From positions 5,952,001 to 6,016,000 of the forward strand of contig NC_043000.1 of assembly GCF_006345805.1 (NCBI RefSeq): a stretch of DNA of 64,000 nucleotides, written 5' to 3'. Under the pieces are notes generated by a model. That model was not told the origin of the DNA, did no database searches, and saw only the letters and a list, made by a program, of their open reading frames with translations. This stretch comes from Octopus sinensis. Lineage: Eukaryota. Made by a program: the position numbers and the translations under genes. Shown here in pieces: positions 26,131 through 38,975 of the stretch (the first letter of the stretch is position 1; every line of letters begins with the position of its first letter).

Positions 26131-27246
26131 CAGGGTGTCCCAAAAGTCACTGATGGGTTTCAATTTTTAATAACTTCCTTAACCTTACAAATAAATGCAT
26201 GAAATTTTAATAGAATATAAAGGATATAATGTGGAGGCATGTGGCTTAATGGTTAGGGTGTCAGCATCATGATCGTAAGGTTGTGGTTTCAATTCCTGGA
26301 CCGGGCGACGTGTTGTGTTCTTGAGCAAAACACTTCATTTCACATTGCTCCAGTCCACCCAGCTGGCAAAAATGAGTAACACTGTGATGGACTGGCGTCC
26401 CATCCAGCTGGGGAACACATACACCACTGAAACCGGGAAACCAGGCCCATGAGCCTGGCTAGGCTTTAAAAGGGCACATTTTTTTTATTATTAAAGGATA
26501 TAATGGAAATTAAAATGCACAAGTCAAATTTTGCAACACCACTACATCACATGAAAAATGACATTGTTTAAATGGCAGCCATTTTCAGCTTTGCAAAACC
26601 TACACCATGACACCCTCAAGAGTTTCAGACCCTACTTCTCTGATTTCTCTATTGATGTTCTCCTTCAGTTGAACCGTCTGTTTCAGGTATCCCTTAAGAA
26701 AAAATCCAGGCTAGTCAAGTCTGGGGAATATGAAAGCCAGTTGACATGGCTATAGCAGGAAATTATTCTCTCAACAAAGCATGACCATAGCAACTGCATT
26801 GTTTCTCTTGTAGTATGAGCAGTTGTCCCATCTTGTTAGAAGCATGTGGGAAGTCTACTTTGAATGGCCTTCACGTTCCCCAGATTTGACTATTCTGGAT
26901 TTTTTCTTGTGGGGATACCAGAAAGAGAAGGTTTACATCAACAAATTAGAGACCCTGGTGCAACTGAAGGAGAACATCAATAGAGAAATCAGAGAAGTGG
27001 GATCTGAAACTCTTGAGGTCATTATGGTGCAAGTTTTGGGAAGAGCATAGGTGTGCAAAACTGAAAAGGGCTGCCATTTAAGAGATGTCATTTTTCATAT
27101 GTGATGTAGTGGCGTTGCAACATTTGACTTGTGCCTATTAATTTCCATTATGTCCTTTATATTGCATTAAAATTTCATGCATTTATTTGTAAAGTTAAAG
27201 AAGTGATTAGAAATTGAAACCCATCAGTGACTTTTGGGACACCATG
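26131..27246. mobile_element. Palindromic Tc1/mariner DD41D (rosa-type) derivative
   Basis: TA|cagggtgtcccaaaagtcactgatgggtttcaattt ... aaattgaaacccatcagtgacttttgggacaccatg|TA. Both arms carry the transposase C-terminus in opposite orientation; the left arm (-) reads QDGTTAH...WLSYSPDLTSLD with 41 residues between the two aspartates. Confidence 0.9.
26232..26491 (+). mobile_element. CORE-like SINE family C2 inserted in the left arm of the DD41D element
   Basis: 14-bp TSD taaaggatataatg at 26218-26231 and 26492-26505; tRNA-like head; tail ...gagcctggctaggctttaaaaggg. Confidence 0.93.
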
Positions 27247-28596
27247 TAGATGCAATTTTTATCTTTTAAAACAGTTTATTTTTTATTAATGTCTTATTAA
27301 AATTAAGGTGTGTACTGTCCATGTAATATGATTTCTGTGATGCTGGGAATACCAGGATTCCACAATGATATAAGTTTAGGAACTTTTAGATAAAAAAAAC
27401 TGACAGTTCTAAATTAATTCAGAAAGTCCTTCTGCTGCTATGTATGATGTTCTTCTTAATGCCCAGGGTCAGGAATGTTTTTTTCTGTGATGAGTTAAAT
27501 AAAACTTTCAAATCTGCTTTGCTTTTAATCTCTCTCTTTGATCATTTACTTTCCACCATCCTAGTCAGTTCTAAATGTCATCTTGTATCTTCTTTGTCCT
27601 GTTCACATTTAGCTTATCTACTTCCATATACTTCACCACCAATTCTTATTTCTAATATAAAAGTGATAATGATTCAGGTCAAGCAGATTAGCAAATTTCT
27701 CTATTTTGTAGATATTAAAATGTCCTCCTGCATAATATTGTCTACAAATGAGACATTTATGTGTTTGATATTTCTTTATCGTGTTCACATTTAGTTGTAT
27801 CTGCATCAGTATGCTTTGCCATTGTATTTTAATATCATATGAAAACAATGCTGATTTAGGTCAAGCATTCTTGTGTATTTCTCACATGAAAGTATTAGTA
27901 TGTACTCAAGACTTTTTTTGTTCAAATATTTATTTACATTTCTACTATTTCAATTATTAATAAAGTTATTCTGCAAAATTGTTGAAGTGACTTGTCATTT
28001 GTTAATGATTCACATTTATATCTTTCATCATTCTATGCAATTCCAATTGAATTAGATAAACTGTGTTAAATTTAGCTTGCTTAGATACTTGTCTCCTTGT
28101 TAATTTATAAATTTCATTTATAATTTTTAATTTCATTTATAATTTTTAATTTCGTTTTGAAATTATACTCCCAAGCTTTAAACAAGAATAGAATACTCAA
28201 ATGTTAATTACATTGACATTACAACAACTATTCATATTATATCGGTATGATTCCAAGTTGTTTTTACTTTTGTGTTTTTAGACTTTGGTTTCAGCTCACA
28301 GAGACTCTTCAATGACATCAGAGATGTTTGATGAGAAAGCTGATTTGTAAATCATTCATATTAACTGACAGTAGAGTCTTGTATCAAATAAACTTTCATG
28401 TGCACACCTTAATTATATAAGAATTAAATTACAGTTTTTTTTTTTCATTTACTTTGGTATTTGATCAAAATAATTTCCATACTTCATATAGAACATGTTA
28501 AGCAGTAAGACAGGCTGGTAATTTTTGTGATAAATGGCGTAGTTAGTAATTTAAGGTGCAAATTACACATTTTATCTACATCCTGCTAAGTTTACT

Positions 28597-28950
28597 TCAT
28601 CATCGTCGTCGCCATTTAATGTTGATGTTCCATACTGGTATGGGTTGGACAGTTTGAGAGGATCTGGTGGGGCCAAGGATTGCATCATGTACCAGTGTCT
28701 GTTTTGACTTGGATTCTATGGTGGATGGACACCCTTCCTGACACCAACCACTTACTTCACAGTGTGTATTGGATGTTGTTGTTTTTTTCTTGCCACCAGC
28801 ACTAGTGAGGATATCATGCAGTTTGTAAGACTACAAACCCCAGTGGTTGGGGGGGGGGAGCATTATTCTAGGAAATGAGGAGTTACAGCATGAGAGGAGG
28901 GAGAAGAGCAGGTGTCTTGCTGTAGTTGAGCTCCATAACTACTCATGTTT
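28597..28950 (-). mobile_element. Family D repeat, diverged
   Basis: catcatcgtcgtcgccatttaatgtt...catactggtatgggttggacag...acccttcctgacaccaaccact. Confidence 0.7.
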
Positions 28951-28989
28951 TGATGAGAGGCTGAGAATAAAAATCTGAAGCTGTTGATT

Positions 28990-29370
28990 CATCTGGTTTA
29001 CTCTTTAGGTTACAGCGAAAGCAATTATGAATCTTGAAGAATTTTAGTCTAATGAATCCAGCCTAGTATTCATTCTTTTTCAAAGCTTGGTACTTATTCT
29101 CTTAATTTCTCTGGTTGAACTGCTAAGTTACTGGGACATGAACACACCAACACTAGTTGTCATACAGTGGTGGGGAACACATACATACACAGACACACAT
29201 ACACGTACACAATGAGCTTCTTTCAGTTTCCATCTACCTAATCCACTCACTAAGCTTTGGTTGGCCCCAGGCTTTAGTAGAAGACACCCAAGGTGACACA
29301 CAGTGGAACTGAACACAGAATCATGTGGTTGGGAAGCAAACTTCTTACCACACAGCTACACCCGCATCTA
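28990..29370 (-). mobile_element. SINE family A, diverged
   Basis: Reverse-oriented family A body and head. Confidence 0.75.
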
Positions 29371-29530
29371 TATATGTCTGTGTGAGTGAATGTGTTTTTT
29401 ATTCCCTCCCTCTTTCTTTAAGTCTGTTTGTTGGTTGTAAATAACAGCTCATGCAAACCATGTTGTTTGTTTCTACTTCTCTTAGTAACCATGTTTGGGT
29501 TGTTTGTAATTCAATAATCATTACTTTGCT

Positions 29531-29912
29531 TGGAGGTGCAATGGCCCAGTGGTTAGGGCAGCGGACTTGCAGTCGTAGGATCGCGGTTTCGATTCCCAGA
29601 CCGGGCGTTGTGAGTGTTTATTGAGCGAAAACACCTAAAGCTCCACGAGGCTCCGGCAGGGGATGGTGGTGATCCCTGCTGTACTCTTTCACCACAACTT
29701 TCTCTCACTCTTACTTCCTGTTTCTGTTGTACCTGTATTTCAAAGGGCCGGCCTTGTCACTCTCTGTGTCACGCTGAATATCCCTGAGAACTACGTTAAG
29801 GGTGCATGTGTCTGTGGAGTGCTCAGCCACTTACACGTTAATTTCACGAGCAGGCTGTTCCGTTGATCGGATCAACCGGAACCCTCGTCGTCGTAACCAA
29901 CGGAGTGCTTCC
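29531..29912 (+). mobile_element. tRNA-derived SINE family E (tail type 1)
   Basis: tggcccagtggttagggcagcggact A-box, ggtttcgattccc B-box, CpG-rich; imperfect TSD actttgcttgg/actttacttgg. Confidence 0.85.
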
Positions 29913-30462
29913 ACTTTACTTGGTATTAGGTGAGGGTTGGCATCAGGAAAGGCATCTGCTCCAATGTGGTGGTAGTCTCTTTCTTTTGACCCATGCAAAC
30001 ATGGAAAAGAGATTTTAAAATGTTTCGTTTTTGGATTTGGTTTGCATGAATATACAGGATACATACATACAGATGCACACACATGCATATATACATACAT
30101 ACACACATACGTACATGCATGCATGCATAGGTACACACACACACTGACCCACACACATGCGCACAAACAAACAAAAAGTATGCAGTGTAAATAATGGACA
30201 GAGTCAAGACTATTGAAAAGGTTGCAAGGTGCAACGAAAATTTTAGGAAGATAAAAATAAGAAATAAGTGGAAATTTTACCAGTGAGTGTGTTACGTTAT
30301 AAGGCACAAAAAGAAAATGACTCTCCCCAGACACAACAGAATAATTCTAAAATGATCATAGTAATACTTATGATACAGCTGTTACTAAGTTTTTAATGAA
30401 AATAGTTGCAGCTTTTAATATTTTTTTCACTATAACTTGATTATTTATATTTTATATTACAG

Positions 30463-30610
30463 AGGCATTGCCACATCATTTGAAGGTAAACATGGCAGCA
30501 TCCGATATTGGCTAAAAGCAGAAATGGACAAACCTTGGGCTTTCAATCATAAAACCAAAAAAGCCTTTACTGTAATATCCCCAATTGATATAAACAAACC
30601 TGAATATCAG
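30463..30610 (+). CDS. ARRDC3: Alpha-arrestin (ARRDC3-like) coding exon, 148 nt
   Basis: ttacag acceptor, cag|gtagat donor. Encodes GIATSFEGKHGSIRYWLKAEMDKPWAFNHKTKKAFTVISPIDINKPEYQ, with the hallmark 'TSFEGKHGSIRY' motif. Confidence 0.97.
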
Positions 30611-31959
30611 GTAGATATATTTAACTTTAGAAATATTTATAACTTCTCCTCAAATTATATATTTAAAAAATGTTTTTGAAGGTTATATGTAGATTAGTTT
30701 CTTGCTAGAAACTAAAGAATATAATGCAGTGTTTATTTCATGATCCAATGAGTTTCATTTTTTTGTTATTTTTAAATGAATATATTTCAGTGTTTATATT
30801 AAATTCTAAAATTGCTGATAAGTGAGTTAGAAAAAAATGTTGGGAAATATATTTTATTGCAAAAATATGTTATGTCTGTCATCTGCTATTTTCTCTTTCT
30901 TTTTTCTTTGTTTTCATTTTTAGAGAGTTAATATTGTAATACCTTTTCCTCCATTAAATCTAGTTATGAAACAGAAGAATCAGTTACCTGATATTTTATG
31001 TTAAGAAACAACAAAAAAAAAACATAAAATATTTCTGTTGAAAATAAAATAAAGAGAAAAAAATTATGGTTTATGTAACTTTTGTAGAGCTTTATAGAAA
31101 TTAGTCTTGCAAACATTCAGATAATTGAAGTGCTGCTACTCAAGCAGTGAAATAAAGTTTACCACCTAAGGATGATCTATTCTTGGTGTGTTTTTCACAG
31201 AAAAAAAGCCAAACAGCTGCAACTTCAAAACATGGATGTAAGAGCTTCCAGAATTACTGAAGGTACCTGTTTCAAATCCATCAAAATTTTCAATAGAATT
31301 ATTTCATTCTCAAAGTTTTCCAGTTAAAACAGTCTGCCTCTTCCATTTTTTTTGTGTCATATAATTTCTTTGATGCACAAATATATGAAGAAATATTTTC
31401 AACCTTAGCATTTAAAAACTCTATAATTGTAATTTAAAAAAAATTGTTTAGTAATCATCTTACAGTTGACTGTGTGGAATAAATATTTCAATAAATTTGA
31501 TAGGATTTAGAGATACTATTTAATGCTCCATTGTCTTTTTCAACATAACTTTTATGAAAGGCTTTTTTTTCTTAATACTTATTAATTTATAAATTGGGAT
31601 CTACAATTTAAATTTCATTCTTTTAGATTCGGTTTCATAAAGAATCTGAAAGCTTTAAATTTCTTCAATAAGTTTTCTTTGTGAGGAACATCAGTATGTT
31701 TACTGCTATAAAATTGCCCTTGTGTATATCCTTCAAAATTATATACATGTATACATACACATGCTTATACACACATACTTGCATGCCTATATACACCTTA
31801 GAGTACATTTTGAAATTGCCAACATCTATTACAAGCTAATTGTAATTTTTTTTCTTTTTTAAATATCTTCAATAATTGACAATAATTTTAAATTAAAACT
31901 ATAAATTAAATCGTAAAAGTTCTGTATAATTAAGCTATTTAGCATAATTATACTCCAGT

Positions 31960-32860
31960 CTCTACAGGAATTGGTCCAATCTCCAATCAACGTGTCTTGT
32001 TCTCAAGAAAGGCAAATCTTCTGATCTTACCAACTCAACACATCACTCCCACCACTGCCAACATTTCAAAAGTACTGGGGTCAGTCATTAACAGCCACAT
32101 TCTTTGGCACCTTGTATCCTTTCCCCCCTTTAATAACTATCAATACAGCTTCTGTCAAGCCAGATCTACAAGGGATCTGCTCTCCTATAGTCGGCTCATA
32201 ACCCTCACGAAATTCCGTAAAATTAATGTTGCATTTGATTGCATCTGATGTTCAAAACACAGCTAAATTGTCTCTCTATAAGTTCCAGTCGTTTCTTGTT
32301 TCTTGAGTTGGAGGCTTTCAATTACCATCTGTGCTGATAGAACACTCTCTCTTAACAGTGCAGCATGCACTGACAAAGCTCTCTCTTCCTCTCTCTACCA
32401 CATTATTGACCTGACCTTGGTGTACCCCAATGCTGGGGCATTGTCTCTCATGCTATTTCTCTTATACACTGTCAACAACACCCACTTCTTATGTCGATGA
32501 TACCACCCTTCACTCCTTAACTTTCCACACCTAAATGTCTTCCCTATGAATCCTAATCACTTCATGCCAAACTTGCACTTCTATGAGAAGAGACTTCAGA
32601 AACATGCTTTGATGGAAACCATGTCAGTTTTTGTCTCTTTCAACTGTACAAAGTTACAGTCACTACACATATCAAGAAAGCAACCTAGTATCCCACCCTC
32701 CCCTAAACATGAACAATATGCAACAGAATTTGCTTCAAATGCTTGGCCTCACCATCTCTTATGATCTCTCTTGGTAATCTCACATCTTCAACATTACGAA
32801 GACTGAGCTTCTCCTCACAGTCAGAAAATGCTTCAAAACTTCCAGTAACTTAATAATTCT
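31960..32860 (+). pseudogene. Decayed CR1-like LINE relic
   Basis: ISKVLGSVIN...NNYQYSFCQARSTRDLL, GVPQ-like ggtgtaccccaa and YVDDTT (tatgtcgatgataccacc); multiple frameshifts. Confidence 0.6.
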
Positions 32861-33516
32861 GTACAAAGATCAAGTAATTCTTTATATGTAATTTTATTAT
32901 ACATGCAAGGCATATTTCCTGAAGTAGGGAAATTCTGGTACATATAGGTAGTAAGAAACACCCCACTGGAAAAATAAAATAACCTTCTTATTGGGATTGT
33001 AGGAAAATTTGGTCTAAACAAGATCTTGATTAAGACTAAATTTCTTGAGCCTTCTTTGTAGCATTTGACAAATTTAACACTACCAAACCATTCAAAGACA
33101 TTTTTATGATCCATTTAATCTCTTATGGAATTTAACTTTATGAAAGAGAAACAAAAGGATTAATAAAGAAACATAATTATTTTTATGTAGTGCTTCCCTG
33201 AGATATGTAATATATTTCAAGAGTTCTGCAAGAATAAAAATGTTGGGAAACACTGCTGTATGCGATAACTGAACATTGTTTTAAATGATGGTAAGATGGT
33301 AAAAATGATTCAACTGCTGAAATTCCATATTGTTGTTGATATTATAAGCTTATTTTTGTTGATAAGGAAACGGTTTCAAGTTCTCTGATATTATTGGGTC
33401 TTCTTTCTTTATTTTTTTTAAATTGTAAATTTATATAATTAATATAATGATTTAATAAAAATATTTTTTTATTTGTGTATTATCTCTAAGAAACTAATTT
33501 AAACCATATATTTAAA

Positions 33517-33556
<40 letters not shown>

Positions 33557-33577
33557 ATACTTTGCTGAAAAATTTAT

Positions 33578-33746
33578 ATAGGCACAGGCGTGGCTGTGTG
33601 GTAAGAAGCTTACTTCCCAACCACATGGTTCTGGATTCAGTCCCACTGTGTGGCACTTTCGGCAAGTGTCTTCTACTGTAGCCTTGAGTCGACCAAAGCC
33701 TTGTGAGTGGGTTTGGTAGACAGAACTGAGAGAAGGCCATTGTATG

Positions 33747-33795
<49 letters not shown>

Positions 33796-34422
33796 TTATG
33801 TGTGTGTATGTGCTTGTCCCCCAACCCTTGCTTGACAACCAACGCTGGTATGTTACATCCCCATAACTTAGCAGTTCAGCAAAAGAGACTGATAGAATAA
33901 GTACCAGGCTTACAAAGAATAAGTCCTGAGGTTGATTTCTTCAGCTAAAAGGCAGTGCTCCATCATGGCCACATTCAAATGACAGAAACAAATAAAGGAA
34001 TAAAAGAATATATATGTATATATACCCTTTTACACGTTTCGGTCATTTGACTGCGGCCATGCTGGAGCACCGCCTTTAGTCGAGCAAATCGACCCCGGGA
34101 CTTATTCTTTGTAAGCCCAGTACTTGTTCTATCAGTCTCTTTTACCGAACCGCTAAGTGACGGGGACGTAAACACACCAGCATCGGTTGTCAAGCAATGC
34201 TAGGGAAACAAACACAGACACACAAATACACACACATATATATACATACATATATACGACAGGCTTCTTTCAGTTTCCGTCTACCAAATCCACTCACAAG
34301 GCATTGGTCGGCCCGGGGCTATAGCAGAAGACACTTGCCCAAGATGCCATGCAGTGGGACTGAACCCGGAACCATATGGTTGGTTAGCAAGCTACTTACC
34401 ACACAGCCAATCCTGCGCCTAT
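33578..34422. mobile_element. Tail-to-tail inverted pair of SINE A copies
   Basis: + copy about 33578-34010 and - copy about 34026-34422, separated only by a short TA run. Confidence 0.92.
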
Positions 34423-34960
34423 ATATATATAATGTATATATTTATTAATGTTTAGCAGAAGTAACAGAGTGACTCAAGGTCCAAGAGTTTCATGCATTGG
34501 CACTTAACAAACTTATATATATATATATATATAATTACAGGAGTACCTTTTTGATATGTAAACCCTGTTTCCACATGCTGATTTATTTTGAAGTAGTGCC
34601 AAATGATATGCACACTATTTAGTATGCAACTTCCTGAGAGATTTCATTATCACGGTTGTAATAGTTTAATTATTAGTAATTTTATATATCTGGTATGGCA
34701 GATGAAAAGCTTGCAAGTCCCAGATTGAAACTAGTAGCTTTGTTGTCAGTCACGTAACTTATTTAAAAAAAAAAGTCAAGTTTATAATTGCAGTATTATT
34801 ATTCTTAGTGTGTTGTAACTCTTTTGAGATCAACTTGCTCAGCAACCCCGTCTCTGGTTCTCTGACATAAACTCCCCATTTTCAAGTGACCTCGATTAAA
34901 ATCTTCCGTCAAAATTTCATGTTCATCTATGTCCCAAATGCCAGATTTAATAATGGTAAA

Positions 34961-35180
34961 CTCTCTTTTACTCTCTTTTACTTGTTTCAGTCATTTGACT
35001 GCGACCATGCTGGAGCACCGCCTTTTAGTCGAGCAAATCAACCCCAGGACTTATTCTTTGTAAGCCCAGTACTTATTCTATCGGTCTGTTTTGCCGAACC
35101 GCTAAGTGACGGGGACGTAAACATACCAGCATCAGTTATCAAGCGATGTTGGGGGGACAAACACAGACACACAAACACAT

Positions 35181-35231
<51 letters not shown>

Positions 35232-35397
35232 TACGACAGGCTTCTTTCAGTTTCCGTCTACCAAATCCACTCACAAGGCATTGGTCGGCCCAGGGCTATA
35301 GCAGAAGACACTTGCCCAAGATGCCACGCAGTGGGACTGAACCCGGAACCACGTGGTTGGTAAACAAGCTACTTACCACACAGCCACTCCTGCGTCT
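34961..35397 (-). mobile_element. SINE A inserted in a P1 MITE (about 34815-35482)
   Basis: Full family A copy; flanks match P1 (aaaatcttccgtcaaaatttcatgtt... / ...gaaatacggtaacaaaagagttaa). Confidence 0.88.
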
Positions 35398-35981
35398 AAA
35401 GTGACTTTTTAAAATAATTTTTTCAAATTAATAAAAACCAAGTCAGTGTGTTTGAACAGAAATACGGTAACAAAAGAGTTAAGCATGGAAATCTATTCTA
35501 AACACTTAAACTGTCATATACTATTTTATTAGATTACCAAGTCGTAGAATGTGTAAACCATTTTGTTTCTAAATAGAAATCTGTAATAAACCATTTTATT
35601 TTTATTTCTTAAAATGCAGTTTTTTTTACACTTTATTTATTTTGTGCTCTTAGAAAATATTCATTGCAAAACCTGAGTGTTGAACATTTGAAATATTTCA
35701 TTTGCTATTTATATCCTTACTTGTCCTTCAGTTTTCTGAATATTATTTTCTATAGTTATTTGAAATAAATTGAAATAAATTATATCAAAAATATAATTCT
35801 TCTATTGTTTAGAATACTGAATTTCTGAACTGAAATAACTGCTCACCACTCTATTTGTCCAGTGAATGCATAATTATTCTTTTATTCTTTTATGCATTTC
35901 AGCCCAAAGGCTGTGGCCATGCTGGGGTCATCACATGCAACTACAATACTTTTGGCTTTCATTTTTTTAGTGAGAAGAATA

Positions 35982-36260
35982 GTGAAGGCACATGGCCTTG
36001 TGGTTAGGATGTTGCACTCACAGTCTTGTGTTTGTGGTTTCAGTTCCTGGACCAGGCGGTGTGTTATGTTCTTGAGCAAAATACTTTATTTTCTGTTGCT
36101 CCATTGAGTCTACTCAGATGAAAATGAGTTCCAGAAATGGCTGGGAAGTTAACCCTGCAACAGATTGGCATCCCATTCTGTCAGGAGTGATGTAATAACC
36201 ATCACTTATATGCCATGGAAACCAGGTAACCAGCTTTATGAGCCCTAAGTCTAAGAAACA
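35982..36260 (+). mobile_element. CORE-like SINE family C2, diverged
   Basis: gtgaaggcacatggccttgtggttaggatg...gttcttgagcaaaatacttt...atggaaaccagg. Confidence 0.7.
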
Positions 36261-37363
36261 GAGTGCTCATGACCTTTGACATGGCCTCCGAGTCTAATGA
36301 GGAAGAAAGGGAAGAAGAGGCCATGGCTTATGGGTTATGCTCAGATCAGAGACCTAGTTTGAATACATTAACCCTTTTGATCCCAACCAACACCAGGCTG
36401 TCCTGGACCTGTGAAAATATTTTTTCATCTTTTAAATTGATCTAAATTTAAACCTTCCATCAAAATTTGAAATGAATTTATTGGCACAGATGTAACTGTT
36501 GAGAAATTTTGCTTTGCAACCATCTGGTCTCAGGTTCAGTCCTACTGCGTGGCATCTTGGAAAACATCCTGCTCTAGAATATCTGCCTCAGTAAATTTAT
36601 TTGGACTAGACAAGCATGGAAAAGTAGATATCAAAATGATGGTGATTATGATGATAATGTTCTAAACACCAGCTTAACAACGACAAAAGTAATTTTACAA
36701 AACTTCTTCAGCCTATTCAAAATTAATTGAAATAAAGGCAGTGTATTTCAGCAGAAATATGGTAACAAAAGATTTAAAAGGTAACCAAGAACTAGGGGAT
36801 AGTGTTAAAGTAGGCAACAGATTTAGTCTGTTAGGTACCTTACATAAAGTGGAACTATTGTAATGACATACAAGTTTTAAGAAAGAAGCATAGATATCAG
36901 AAATGATGAAGGAATAAGTAAACAGAGCGAACAAGAAAACCATCTACAACTGCCTTAGGTTAAGAGAAAACTAAACTATCTCAAATTTATATGACACTTG
37001 TGCTATGAAATGCAATTCTACTGATAACACAGAAAATCTTTAATAACCTTGATCAGTTTTCTGATTTAGCTTTTCTTTCTATTCCTTCAGACTTTCCATA
37101 TTAAGTATGGATGGTTGTTGTTTTGTTGGAATCATTGATTTAATTTTTAGGGTGACTGTTGCTTTCTCTGCTTCTAGTAATTCAACTCTGATGTAGGAGT
37201 AGCATTTAAGGCAATCATAGGCAACCTGTGGCTCTTCGTGAGGCTTTGAATGACATATCTAAATGAAAAATTACTTTAAATTTTTTAGTAGTGCAACCTG
37301 CCTGATGATGAGCCATGTCTCATGTGGCCCACCTCTTGAAAAAGATTGCTTTACCTGGTTTAA

Positions 37364-37583
37364 CCCATTTGTTACTGTATTTCTGTTGAGATGCTCTGTG
37401 TTTCTTTCAATTACTTTAAATATAACAAAGAATTTAGTAAAATAACTTAGTTATCATTAAGCTAGTGTTAGGAACATAAATTTTGACTCAGGTTTGGTGG
37501 AAGATTTTAATTCAAAACTTATGAAAACAAGACGTTTGTACTCAGAATCAGGGTTGGTTTCAGCCGGGTTGGTCACGAAAGGG
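37364..37583 (+). mobile_element. piggyBac-like MITE (family P1), intact
   Basis: TTAA|CCCattt ... aaaGGG|TTAA, 220 bp. About ten related copies in the window (also near 36370-36775, 51436-51640, 53545-53771, 61690-61903, 62060-62281). Confidence 0.85.
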
Positions 37584-38091
37584 TTAAGGTAAACCTAAAG
37601 GAAGTAGTTACATTTTTTATCCTGAACAACAATACAGTGAGTGTAGTAGTAATAATGAAGATTTGCTATTTGACCATATAGCCTTTACATCAGTACGTTA
37701 GTCTCACAAGTATTGTACTGTGGTTGTAGTAGTAAAACTGAGGTCTTATCTTAATATATTAGTCTTACAGTAACAGTCTTTTAATAATGAAATTTTATTT
37801 AGAAAATTACAAAGGAGAAAAACTGTTGTATTTATGTTTATTTTTACACAGATTTAAGAGAAAACAACAGTGAATGTTTCAAGTTTCACCAAAGGATCTT
37901 AAAAACATGAAATAACTGTTTGATTAATATTCATGATATAAATGTATCATAATCTTTATCGTTCAGGTTTAACTTATATCAAAGAAATATACCTTGGAAT
38001 TTTTATTTTATTTCATTTTAAATTTAATTACTTTCTTTCTCTGTTTAAAAATCTGTAAATCACTGACATCTCAATTTTTTTTTTCATTTAG

Positions 38092-38194
38092 ATTCAGGTT
38101 GAAAATAACATTGAAAAAACTTTATGTTGCTGGTTATGTACATCAGGACCTATTTCTATTACTGCACGCACAGATCGAAAAGGCTATTGCCCAG
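38092..38194 (+). CDS. ARRDC3: Alpha-arrestin (ARRDC3-like) coding exon, 103 nt
   Basis: Poly-T + tttag acceptor, cag|gtcagt donor. Encodes IQVENNIEKTLCCWLCTSGPISITARTDRKGYCP(G), start of the arrestin-C domain. This frame is absent from the ORF track. Confidence 0.96.
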
Positions 38195-38975
38195 GTCAGT
38201 TATTTTCTGTTTTGATGGGCATTTTCTAAAAAGTTTCTTTTTTTGCATGAAAGTAAACACATTCTAGATATTTGCTTCAACACCTACAGCTTCTGCAATT
38301 TTTTTATTTTTATGGCTTAGTCAGAGGCCATGACCTTTTCCATGGCTTTTGTGGCTAATGGAGTGGAAATGACGAAGAAAGCATTACTAATGGGCTGCTA
38401 CTGAAGGAAGAAGTGCCTCAAGTTACTGAGTTATGCTAAGGTTGGAGACCTGATTTAAATATTTGCAACAAAGTGGACTTTACTAAAGTACCCCAAGGCC
38501 AGGTGGTGGTAGTCTCAAACTGGTCAGTAGATTAAACCTAGCTAAGAACAGTTACTATCCTACTGATAGAGATTTCCACTGTTTCAATCTGTGCAGTTTC
38601 ATTTACAAAACTTTGATCATCTCAAAGTACCATCAAGTGAGAACAAACCTGCAACTGTTTGATTGCTAAAGTAAACTTCGTAACTAGCGAAATGATTTTT
38701 TAAAGATGTGTTTTAATTAAAAAATCAAAATCATTGTTTAAAATAAAGAAATTGTCATGTTGAAAGTGAATCTAGTTGGTAATTGAATAATATGTAGTAG
38801 ATAATATTCAATCAAATTCATTATACAAATTAATTTGGTAATGAAAATTAAAATCTTGGATTAATATGAGATGTAAGTACTGGTGTATATTATTATGTTC
38901 CCATTTCCCACTACAATATAGCGATGTATGTTTAAACTCAAGTTAGCCTTCATATTTACACAAAACCATATGCTT

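Noticed and set aside
31201-31262. Poison or cassette exon after a good ttttcacag acceptor
   Set aside because: Donor (ag|gtacct) is weak, the frame has a stop, and there is no independent support.
34886-35404. 172-aa ORF and its apparent paralogs (...RLPNPLTRHWSA...KLLTTQP)
   Set aside because: Chance open frames in SINE A copies, not a protein family.
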